From Eledone cirrhosa (taxonomy: Eukaryota): a stretch of 64,000 nt of DNA. Of the stretch, positions 27,146-43,165 are shown piece after piece. Position numbers and translations under genes: made by a program. How positions within the stretch are numbered: position 1 is the stretch's first letter; the number at the start of each line of letters is the position of its first letter. Where the stretch lies: positions 47,182,001 to 47,246,000 of the forward strand of contig OZ024749.1 in assembly GCA_964016885.1 (NCBI GenBank). Direction: 5' to 3'. The notes below the pieces were generated by a model. That model saw only the letters and a list, made by a program, of their open reading frames with translations, did no database searches and was not told the origin of the DNA.

Positions 27146-28954
27146 TTATATATATCCCTCTCACTATATATGAATATAGACATATGTATGTGTGTGGGGG
27201 GGGGTCATTTATGCGTCGATATCCATACGCAAAGTCCTTTTGACACGCATATATCGATAACATAATCTATGATGTATCAACAATACATGTTATGTTTGTC
27301 CAGGTAAAACTGTCATAACGCATTTGCTGTTTTTCCTGTTTGTTCCAGGTTTTCAAATTAATAAATATGGCATTTATTTGATGATGATCATTATTTTTTT
27401 TTTTTTTTCGAAAATATGGATATGACCTGTCATTCGTTGTATATATATATATATGAAGCAAATGAATGTGACAACACAGCAATTAATTCAATGAAATGAA
27501 TAGTAACTACCGCAAATAATTGACTGTTTTCAATAAGCGAAGTGTTAATAAATTTAAATGCAACTGGAGTTGCGAAAATCATGATTTCCTTCCATCTAGC
27601 AATATAATTTCTGCATTTGGACCTCTGAGTATTGATCAACATTTAGATTCCACCCTGGTTTCATGCCAATTAAAATTGGTTAATATTGGTTTTATTTTCC
27701 TGAATATATTTCTGATTTTTACAATTTGGGTAGATTTTCCCCAATATATTAAGCATTCTTGGATGTTAGATCAATCAACAATAAATATATTCCTACTGCA
27801 TGGAAGCCATGCATTTCAAATGCCATTTATTTTTCTTACTGTAGTATATTTACACAATATAATGTACATGAAACAGAGGTATTTATCCAAGCACAAATCT
27901 GCTATTTATCAAGATATACATTGACATAATAGGATGATTAGCAGATAAATCATGTGATAAATGCAGAAGTATGTTTCAATTTTTCTTTCCAGTATAGAAG
28001 TGTGTTACTTTCATATCACTTGCATCATTTCTATAAAAAGTTATGGAAAATTCATAACAAATATAATAGTGAAACAAATTGAAATAACATATTTTCATTT
28101 TGGAAACCATTTTTTGTATGCAGTAAAATGAATTCTATGCTACTGAACAACAATACAAAAATAATGTATTTTATTGTTTTGGAAATACATTCCAGCAAAC
28201 TGTAATCCAATCAAACATATATAATAAAGAAATGAAATCAGAAAATACTAGCTTGGCTTTAAAGTTTCATTTTCAAACTCTATCATTTGAAGATATGTTA
28301 TATTTTCTCTTTTGTAGTTTCGACATTTTTTCCGTTTGTTGTAAAGATTAAAATGATTGACATATGAGATAAGAATTCCCAAATGTGTAGTATAGATTTC
28401 TTTCTATATGTGAAAACATTTTATAAAAATAAATATTCAGTTCCGTTCAGTTCTTAAAAAGTTTTAAAACTTAACAATGCATCTCGTGACGTCTAATGCA
28501 TCATATCGTATATAGAACAATCAGTTATAAAGTTGTGAATAACTAAATGAATAATAAATGTTTCCTTAGAAGGTTAAGAAACGGCGCTGTATTCAAGTTA
28601 GACTTCGTGAATCAGAGTTTTAAGATGCCTATGCTTTATTTTTAATCATTAATGACAAGCGTGTAGCAAAATAACTGTGAATGGGATTCTAAATATGCTT
28701 TAAAATGTGAAATAGATCTAGAAACTTCGTTTGACTTGAATACATCTCCAGTCATATTCCTTTAAAAATTGCCCAGTGTTCATGTTTATATATGTAAACT
28801 GTGTGATTCCTACAGACCCAGTGATTGCAATTCATTAAATTGTGCTCAACAGGAATTACGAGACATAATATATTACAGATCAGTGATATAAGGTCAAAGA
28901 TCTGACGTTTTAATACACCAAAACTAACCTGAAACGAAATCTGCATTAATTAGG

Positions 28955-29050
<96 letters not shown>

Positions 29051-29166
29051 AACGTCAATAAATACTCCAGGATTTTTTCATTCTGATGATTGAAAGCAAC
29101 ATTTTTTTTGCTTTTAAGAAACCACTGGTAAATGAAATAATTCCCTTATGTCGTTTATTACATAAC

Positions 29167-29197
<31 letters not shown>

Positions 29198-29321
29198 GTT
29201 CTATTTAAATTGTTGGGATACAACAAGCAAATATTTTTATAACTTATATAAAGCACTCAACAAATATTTTGAGTAAAAATACGATACTAACAAATTGAAA
29301 CTATATTTATAAAACCATATT

Positions 29322-29386
29322 TATTTCATTATACATATTTCAAGGACACCAAGTTAAATTGTGGTGCGCTTTCATCAGATAAAATA
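29322..29386 (-). ncRNA. Type I hammerhead ribozyme motif
   Basis: Minus strand reads TATTTTAT-CTGATGA-AAGCGCACCA caatttaact TGGTGTCCTT-GAAA-TATGTA-TA^ATGAAATA. Confidence 0.72.
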
Positions 29387-29530
29387 TAAAATATAATATA
29401 GATCATTTTTATAAATACATATTGACATACCCTTAAAGAATGCAACCATTACTATCCGGCAGCTTCCAACAGTAATGGTTGCATTCTTTAAGGGTATGTC
29501 AATATTTATTTATAAAACTGATCTATATTA

Positions 29531-29595
29531 TATTTTATCTGATGAAAGCACACCATTATTTAACTTGGTGTCCTTGAAATATGTATAATGAAATA
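29531..29595 (+). ncRNA. Type I hammerhead ribozyme motif
   Basis: Stem I TATTTTAT/ATGAAATA (8 bp, one GU). Core CTGATGA. Stem II AAGCACACCA/TGGTGTCCTT (one mismatch). GAAA, then a short self-complementary stem III. Predicted AUA^ cleavage after 29587. Confidence 0.75.
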
Positions 29596-29634
29596 AATAT
29601 AGTTTTACAAATATAGTTTCCATTTGTTAATATC

Positions 29635-29721
<87 letters not shown>

Positions 29722-29862
29722 GTTTATGTGCACTGGGATTATGAATTGATGTGCATGTCTCAGAATATTTCCAAACTATGTTTCTTTTATGATGTATGTT
29801 CACAGAAATTTGGGCGAGAGTGGTAAATATAAATTAAGGAAATTATTTTAAATATATAATCG

Positions 29863-29887
29863 TAGTAGTAGTAGTAGTAGTAGCAGC

Positions 29888-29970
<83 letters not shown>

Positions 29971-30026
29971 AAACAATAGTAGTAGTAGTAGTTGTAGTAG
30001 TAGTAGAAACAATAGTAGTAGTAGTA
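29863..30026. repeat. (GTA)n microsatellite
   Basis: Direct reading. Confidence 0.95.
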
Positions 30027-31078
30027 GGTTTCTGTTACAGTAAACGTTAAACTCTCTGGTAGTTGTAGATGTTGCATATCGATGATTTAGTTTCAGGTTA
30101 GTTGAAACAAACCATAAGAGTTTGTTTTCTGCAACTGAGAATGCTTGTTGACAAGTTTTATCCCTGTGGAATTGTCTTCTACATCGGCCTTGCTTTACAA
30201 AACTACAGCTCATTAATCAATCTGTCAACGGCTGACATAAAAACTATATATTTTTGGCGAAATTTAAAGTATTAATTGATCGCCCTGTCAGCTTTTATAT
30301 ACATACTCCATCTATAGATTAACTTTAGAAATGTTTCGTATAATACGTTTAATAAATACAAAATATGATCCACATTTCAACTAAAAAACAAAGAATATAG
30401 GAGCCATGTTAGAGGTTCACCATATTGTTGAATGGTTTTAATTTTCCTATTCGGTAAATTATATATTTTGAAGAAAATGCTGTATTTTATCAGTGTAATA
30501 CAAGCAATCATATGTTCAGTATCTGAGCCAAGAACATAATATATATCCCTGAAGATTTCGACGTGCTTCCAAAGCAAATAACTTGTATAGTTAGCAAAAC
30601 AGACAAGGATTGTCTCGAATTAACGTAACTCTATTTGTTATGAATATATTATTTCCTGTAGATATCAAGATACATTTCCGGCATTTACATTGTGAATCTT
30701 ATCTACACATTAGAATCAGGATTATCTGCTTACTGAATCACGAATGCGATCAATGATATCTGACTCCAATGTTAACGATAAGTGTATCGAAGCAAGTATT
30801 ATATGTTATTTCTAAGAATGTGTTTCTAAAGATTACAAGACCATTGATCCGTGATTCAATTTCACATGTAATGGAAAGTTGCGAAGCTTAGTTAAAACAT
30901 ATCTGCAACTGTTAGATTATATATACACATTTGTGTAGTTTACACTAACTTAAATAAATAATTTCATAACTATGATATTACACATATCGCATGTTTAATA
31001 TAAGGGAAAGTGTTTAAAAGCCGATATAAATTAATATTAATACTATGAATACACGTCTATAAACTAGCAACGTATATT

Positions 31079-31297
31079 AATGGTTTCTTATATAGGCACA
31101 AAGACAGTAATTTGGTGGGAGGGAAAAGTCGATTAAATCGACGCCAGTGCGTGACTGGTACTTTATTTTACCGACCCCATAAGGATGAAAGGCACAGTTA
31201 ACCTCGGCGGGATTTGTGCTCAGATCATAAAGAGCGGTAACACTATGCTGCAAAGCATGACGTCCGACCCTCTACCGATACTGCCAATCCACCGCCT
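31079..31297 (-). mobile_element. tRNA-derived SINE, long-body variant, with diverged ~18-bp TSD
   Basis: Carries an extra gtcgattaaatcgac hairpin segment. Flanks tagcaacgtatattaatg / tagtaacatatattaatg. Confidence 0.9.
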
Positions 31298-31484
31298 TTA
31301 GTAACATATATTAATGCATACAGATATATGCGCGTTATATATCCTTTGCTTTTACGAATAAATATTCAAATAAATAACATTGTGGTATAAGGGAAGAATC
31401 CACAATTAGAGTTATGAAGAGTCTTTAGAGATGGCCATAGCTAAAATGATTCAATATTGTATCACGTTAATAAATATGTATTCG

Positions 31485-31671
31485 ATGGATTGGTAGTATT
31501 GGTAGAGGGTCGGACGCCATGCTTTTAAGCATAGCGTTATGGCCCTTTCCAATCTAAGTTCAAATCCCGAATAGGTTAACTTTGCCTTTCATTCTTACGT
31601 AGTGGATAAAATATAGTAGCAGTAAAAACTGGGTAATTGCTGGCCTTATGCCAACAGTAGAAACAATTATT
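31485..31671 (+). mobile_element. tRNA-derived SINE
   Basis: Family match. Confidence 0.88.
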
Positions 31672-32239
31672 TAACGATTCACAGAATCTCAGCTAGCGTT
31701 CCTTGAGCAGTTAAATGCCAGGAATATAGCAATAAGTTAATGAGATTGCTTCTATGAATGGGAATATTGAAATAGTTATATATTATTTTGAAAAGCACAA
31801 TTGATGATAAATGTGTCACAATCACAGTTGTAGCAATTTCTAGCATAGGATTTTTATTTAAGGACGACTATTGACGAAGACAAAACATTATTTATCATAT
31901 CTACATAGTGGTTTCAGTGCGAACTCACGAAAAGATAACATCTAATCTAATTTTTAAAACCATTGCTTCAAACTATGAATTATGTCCAGTCTGATCTTTA
32001 CAGAAATACATTGCAGGTTATTTAGGAATACCTCATTTCGTCGGATGACCACTTACAATATTGGAAAACTGTTCCTAATACACGCGTGCTAATTATTTAC
32101 TGCGACGAATTTTAACATCGGTAACTTTCGAAAGTGTACCCGAAATCCAGCTTTCCACAACCCCACACTCTCCTGAGCGTGAAATTAATAAACATTTATT
32201 GTACTGCCTCACTGTTTGTCCCTGTTCAAATTTTTCCAT

Positions 32240-32341
<102 letters not shown>

Positions 32342-32349
32342 TATATATA

Positions 32350-32713
32350 TAAACGTTTGTATATGTATAATAAAGCAAACACAATGCAGGTATGGTCATA
32401 GAATAAAGAATGCAAATATATTGTTGACAATTAGTCTTTTCCTTAGATTTATTTAAATGTCCTTAATTTTTGAGATAATATCTCTTCTTCGGAGGGAAGT
32501 AAAGCGGTTAAACTAGTGTTCTAAAAAGCTATTTAGAACACTTGTTTAACCGCTTTACTTCCCTCCGAAGAAGAGATATTATCTCAAAAATTAAGGACGT
32601 TTAAATAAATCTAAGGAAAATACTAATTGTCAACAATATATTTTGCATTTCATTCTTTATTCTATGTCCATACCTGTATTGCTTTGGCTTGTTTATACAT
32701 GTACAGACGTTTA
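32350..32713. mobile_element. Fold-back element (~175-bp arms, 6-nt loop) adjoining (TA)n
   Basis: 32350-32525 and 32532-32713 are near reverse complements. Each arm has a hammerhead-like segment with core deviations (32561-32597). Confidence 0.85.
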
Positions 32714-33956
32714 AACCTCATTACACAGTGCTTCAAGTGAACTATAACCTCCTACATATATATATATATATATATACATATACGAGCGTGTACGTGTGTG
32801 TATTTACGTAATTTTTAGAACACATTCCTGCAAAAATATCTAGAGAAATTAAGCCCAGATTCAACCCTATATACAATGTATGCTGCGCAATTGCATTATG
32901 TAAAACTCGTGTTAAGAGATGATTCAACTTCACCTATTTGTGCAGAGACAATCCCCTTCCCTGAATGCGATTTATTTAAGTCTCCAAATACATAAATATA
33001 TTTCGTTTTGTTTTCAATGTTTATAAAATGTTCCACATAAATTATATGATCGATGATAATATACGAATTATAGAGGTATACCGCAAAATAAAAGAAAATA
33101 TTTTATTGTTTCTCAGGGAAAATTATAGAATGATTTACTATCATAAAATATTGAAACATCACATGTTCATCAAATATTAAAGACCCATAGTGCCTTATGA
33201 ATGCAAACACTATTTCCATCAGAAAGTATTCGTTGAAAAAATGACTTTGATTAATGATTTATGTAAATATGTAATTTAACCTGACTTGAAGGTCAGTAAA
33301 CATGGCGCCATTTATACATAGATTATATATGTGGTTTATTACAAAATAATAGCACAAATATGAATAAAATTTGATGAAATACGATGAGCCATAAATCATT
33401 TTCATTTAGTTTGTTGTAACGGTAGTTCAACTCTATAATAAATCAATTTGAATATTGCAATTTGCAAATTACGTCGTACATAAGACACTAGAATATATAT
33501 ATATATATTGAAAGGAGACTTGATCTTCAAAATATTTGTGTATGATATTTTTATGTAAATTAGTATTTTAAAATGCTTAAATGATGACTTTATATTTAAG
33601 GAAACAGACCCACATTGCCTACAATGGAGAAGTACTCCCATAGTATTTAACAGTAATGTCTTTGAATTATTGTATACATCTTAATTCTAATCCATTGAAA
33701 TATACTGTGTATTTATACGTTGCTTTTCAGTTTATAAGCGTTGCGTAATACCAAATGACACGGATTGAAATAAGCTAGAAATATAATCTGCAAAATAAAA
33801 TTATTTAATTCAGCTTTCAATTTAGAAGTTTGCTTTTCACGTCGCAATGCTATATTTTTGTTTGTATTTATATCAAATTAAATGTTGTATGCCAGATGCT
33901 CTGAGGTGATATCAAGTTTTCACATATTTGTGACAATGAATTAGAATGACGCAAAT

Positions 33957-34055
<99 letters not shown>

Positions 34056-35139
34056 GTAAGTAAAGCGATATACTTGAATATAGGTGTGCATGATTGCAGA
34101 TAAACAAATTATGGCAAAATATTGTTAAAGTAATATCCACTTAGTTTACGTTCTGAGTTAGAAAACCACCTGCATTTATATTGCTGGCGTTATCGGAAAA
34201 TTGTGTACTAAATCATTCAATAAACGGTTGAATTCCGTAGCATTTTTCGGTTTCAAAATTAAGTATCATTTCATTTTATAGAGTATATATTAAATATTAT
34301 TGGGTTATTAACAGATTTGCTTGCACGCAGATAGATAACAATTAATAGCGTAAAATATTTCAATATTTTAAGTGGTTTTAACCTTCCTAAAATAAATGGT
34401 ACCTGCATGACTCTGCTCTCAAATACAATTAGATTAGCCACCAACAGCAGTTAATTAATTGCAGGTGGTTATTGACCCTTCTATCATAATTTCTCTTAAC
34501 AAAATGCAAGAGAAGTATTTTTTGTCGTTAATCTGAACTCAGACATGTTAAAACCAATATATTTTAAAGATATATAACTTAAATTCTCATATATCCTATG
34601 AATGTAGTAGCAACGCCTTCCTTATACTGTTTCTGTTACACGGAGAAAAATATATTGTCAAAATTATATATCTATTGAAGAAACACTGTGACGGATAGAT
34701 GTGTAAAATATAAAACCATAAGTAAGTAAATAACGGCACACGCACATATACATACACACAAAGACATATATACACACACATACATACACACGTACACCCC
34801 ATCCCCCCATATATATATATATATATATATATGTATATGCATATGTATTTATATTTAACATATTTAATTGAATTCCTGTGATGAATTGAAATATTGTTTC
34901 GGGCATTTTATAATAGATAGAAATGTACACTGGTAGTATATTAAGTATAAGTATTGCTCTTTGAATGCAAATAAAAGTTAATTTAAAATATGAAATATTA
35001 GTTTGCTGCCCAGCAGTCATAAATGATGGAATGAAGGCTAATAATATCACATACACCGAACTAGATAGGTGGTATTAGTTCTGAAGTGTAATATAGGAAT
35101 AATTATTAAAATATGATAGTATTTTAACTCACATACATA

Positions 35140-36363
<1,224 letters not shown>

Positions 36364-36394
36364 AATATATATATATATATATACATATATATAC

Positions 36395-37219
<825 letters not shown>

Positions 37220-37272
37220 GACCAGACAATGTGTGTGTGTGTATGTGTGTTTGTGTATAGATATAGATAGAT

Positions 37273-37531
<259 letters not shown>

Positions 37532-38254
37532 TGTTTCGTCGCTAGTATATTTTTCAAAATATTTGCATCTATACCTATATGCCAGTATTACTATATATTG
37601 AAGAATTTACAAGACCCACCCTTTATTTAATACACATAATATAGCCAGAAACACCCACAGAAGTAAATACATAACTTGGAAAAATGTAGAAATAGAAATA
37701 CACAGATATATTAAAAACGAACACGCAAATATCATGATCGCCCGTGCAACTAAATTTGTGATAACTACTTAGATTTTTTGAGAGCTGAAAGGGAATGTGT
37801 AATATAATTGACGCACTACTATATAACATTCTCCCCTACCTTTACGATTGACATAACGGAATGTACTCGCGACTAGCGAAGATAAATTTAACTTGCATGA
37901 TATATAATAACCAACACCAACCTTATTGAGAAACGCAACACCAAAATAAACCAACTTCAGTGAAGGACCTCGTGAATCATAACTGCTGCTATTACCACAA
38001 AACAGATTCCTCAAAATACCTCACTGCCAATGCATGTGACATTTAATGCACATTTGTTCTTGAATAGAATTTTAACTATCTCTAATGGATGCAAGGTAAT
38101 CAGGACTTCTAGAAATGTTGCTCATTTGCTCGGTGCACCTAGCTTTACTTTCGAAAACAATAAAATCTAATAAGCTACTATCTAAATTTACAACGCAGAA
38201 GACATAGAATAAATACCAATATAATAAAGAAGGTAAATCAGTATATAATGTAGA

Positions 38255-38381
38255 TGAAAGATAAAACAAAAATGTAAGCCATATAAATACTGGTATGTAT
38301 AAGAAAAAAAATAAAAATGACTTTGTAAAAGTACGTAAATATGAAACGCATTTTAACAAAGCAAAATACAAAAATATGTAT
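38255..38381 (+). repeat. Unclassified dispersed repeat, second copy at ~42745-42870
   Basis: Shared taagccatata...atgactttgtaaaa.tacgtaaatatgaa.cg.att...aacaaagcaaaat.caaaaat. Confidence 0.7.
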
Positions 38382-38672
38382 AATTCCGTTATAAAAATAT
38401 ACACATTAGTTATGTTCACTGCATTATCAGATAAAATATATTTTCAATAATATATAATATTTATATGATTTTATATATAATATGTACAACTGAAACTTCT
38501 GGAATTCAGCAATAAGTATCGTATTAGCAAATAATCATATCCAAAATCTAATATTCGTTTTAAAAGCCATCTGTAAATATTTCTCATAATGATTCCCTCG
38601 TCTCAATTAGCATATACTATTATTGTGGCGTATACATTTCTAATCTCCCCCTCTTTCTCTCCATGTATGTAT

Positions 38673-38805
<133 letters not shown>

Positions 38806-38838
38806 ATTTTACAGGTTATACATTTCTTATCTATACAT

Positions 38839-39013
<175 letters not shown>

Positions 39014-39021
39014 TATTTGTA

Positions 39022-39808
39022 TATACTAGAAATGTAGCGTATAGCATAAGATGTACTGAATGACAATGTAGAGACAAAAATATAGTGTACATAGGAGAGA
39101 CAGCTCGTAGTGTAGGGGAACGGATAAATGAACACTGGCGAGACCTTCAAGATAATAAAGAATCATCTGTACTCTACCAACATGCATATATAGAACACAA
39201 GGCTAAATTAGAGAACATAGAAATAAAAATAGAATCTACACACAGAAAAGACGCAATGTTTAGACACATTACAGAAGCAATAAACATAAAATAATTACAA
39301 CCAAAATTAAATAGAAAATATGAGTGGAACAGCAACATCACAACTTACAATTAAGGACAAAATGAAAACACACACACACATAGAACAAACAACCAACCAG
39401 TAACATGTAAATAAACAAATAAATAAATGAACATAACATAAACACACACAGACACCCGGATGTGGCGCATGCGCAGACTGAGCACACAACACACACACAT
39501 AAACAAAATGGCGTAGGATAGAACAAAGGAGAGGCACATAAACAAAAAAAGGAATCCCCAGTCACTGAAGAGGTCACATAGTGTGTGACGAAAGAACTAT
39601 GAATATATATAAACAACTGTCTGGTTGTGGAACCAACCAACCAACCAGAAATTTATAAATTTATTAATTTATAAATATATATTAAATTGAAGTGAAAGCG
39701 TCTGGTGCGTGTGTTTCTTATTGGCAACAGGACCCTCCCAAAGCATAACAATATCGGTTTAAAAACACGATTTCAGATAAAAAATCTTGCTAAACAAATT
39801 CAGAAACG

Positions 39809-39810
<2 letters not shown>
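39022..39810 (+). mobile_element. 5'-truncated Penelope-like element: GIY-YIG endonuclease C-terminus, 3' pLTR with hammerhead, in (TA)n
   Basis: A single frame reads [69 protein letters not shown], with the VY-YIG, R..EH, E and LN motifs of PLE GIY-YIG domains. TA tracts on both sides. Confidence 0.88.
39562..39602 (+). ncRNA. Minimal type I hammerhead motif in the PLE pLTR (possibly degenerate)
   Basis: TCA-CTGAAGA-G-GTCACA tagtg TGTGAC-GAAA-GAAC-TA^TGA. Stem I is only 3 bp. Confidence 0.55.
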
Positions 39811-39868
<58 letters not shown>

Positions 39869-39930
39869 TAACTCATGTCTATAGAATTAATCAGATATTA
39901 AAATATATACTATTTCTTCTTCTAATCAGC

Positions 39931-39970
<40 letters not shown>

Positions 39971-39986
39971 TTATATATGTATGTAT

Positions 39987-40104
<118 letters not shown>

Positions 40105-40336
40105 TTATATATGTATGTGTATATATATATATGTATATATATATATATTAGAAAGTGAGGGTTTTTTTTACAAAATGAAAAATAACCGAGGTGTCCTACA
40201 CGAGTGAAAGTATAAAGAAAAAGAGATGAAATGGAAAATGCAACTGATGTCGTATATTTTTAAATATATATATATATATATACATATATAAGTATATATA
40301 TGTATATATATATATATATATATATAAGTATATGTG

Positions 40337-40406
<70 letters not shown>

Positions 40407-40463
40407 TATGTGTATATTTATATATATATATATAAATATATATATTACATATATATATACATT

Positions 40464-41075
40464 ATGTCAGGTCACCAGTTGGTGCTACTAGTAACATGCA
40501 TCCCAGTAAAACCTGTCTCATGGTCGGGTCGTTGGCGACTAAACTGGCAACCTCACCAATGTTTCTTGGTGAGGAGGTGGACTTTGGACATACTGCATGA
40601 CTAAGAACGAAACCTGTCAAAAGGTCAAAGGAGCTCTTGAGAGTCAATGGCCATCCACAATCACTGGGAGAGATGACCGCTCAGATTTTGTCATGGCATA
40701 ATTCTAGAACAAGGAAAACTCTGATATAACACCTGCAGCCCTGATAGTATCCAATGTTGTTGACTTGTTCTTCTTTCTGGTAAATATCATCTTGGTTAAG
40801 AGAGTGGGACTGGATTTGTGCAGTGCTATTGCTCACTATAAAAACTTAACGGCACAGACATTGCTTTGTATCTGGAGATCTCTCTGCAATTGTCGTCACA
40901 TGGTACCATGGCCCCAGCACTATGTGTCAATAATTGTCACAAGTGTAGTGTTTGTACCAGAGTTTTCAAGTCGCTGGCTGGACTAAAAAGTCACACTGGT
41001 TCAGTGCATCGGTAGGGGTTTTCCTACATGGATATAAAGTAGTGGCCGCACTCGAAAATAAGGTGGCAGCAACCA
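40464..41075 (+). mobile_element. Non-autonomous bipartite RTE-derived element, copy C (full length)
   Basis: The 5' part has an RTE-5'UTR-like aaggaaaactctgatat motif (recalled). The 3' part encodes a C2H2 finger, [24 protein letters not shown] (40941-41015), then a short 3' UTR and (TA)n. Confidence 0.82.
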
Positions 41076-42340
<1,265 letters not shown>

Positions 42341-42867
42341 AAATAAATAAATAATTAAATATGTATATGTATATATAAAATGAAACACAAATGTAAAGTC
42401 GTTAATACTGGAATGTAATTTAAATTATAATAACACCTTCTGTATATTTAACGTAAAATTCGGAAGGTAAATGAAATAGAAACCAAAAAGAAATTCAAAA
42501 TGTCAGTTTGATCTCAATATTTTACAATATCAAGGTATTGTTGAAGCAATTAATATTTTCCTGAATCTTTCTTCTTGTAATTTTGCCCATATTGAATTTG
42601 AAATATAACGAAAAGAGAACAGGCGAACTGATTAGTAAACGTCATGCAAATATATCCTTAACATGAACATATTTTCAACATTAACTATCACATACGATCT
42701 AACGAATATAACTAGATTAACAATAGGGATGCATTACTATAGATTGATGATATATAACAAGTTAAGCCATATACATATTGGTATTCATAAGAAACAACAT
42801 AAACATGACTTTGTAAAACTACGTAAATATGAACCGTATTTTTAACAAAGCAAAATCCAAAAATGTG

Positions 42868-43165
<298 letters not shown>

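Larger units (their letters stand above)
29279..29638. mobile_element. Fold-back element (~175-bp arms, 17-nt loop) with a hammerhead on each strand
   Basis: Arms 29279-29453 and 29471-29638 are near reverse complements. (TA)n follows. A solo copy lies at 52611-52777. Confidence 0.88.

Noticed and set aside
40466-40550. HDV-like ribozyme at the 5' end of the RTE-derived element (CCAGT/ACTGG, GTCG/CGAC, CTAA)
   Set aside because: P2/P4-like parts are present, but I could not assign a P1 partner or canonical L3.
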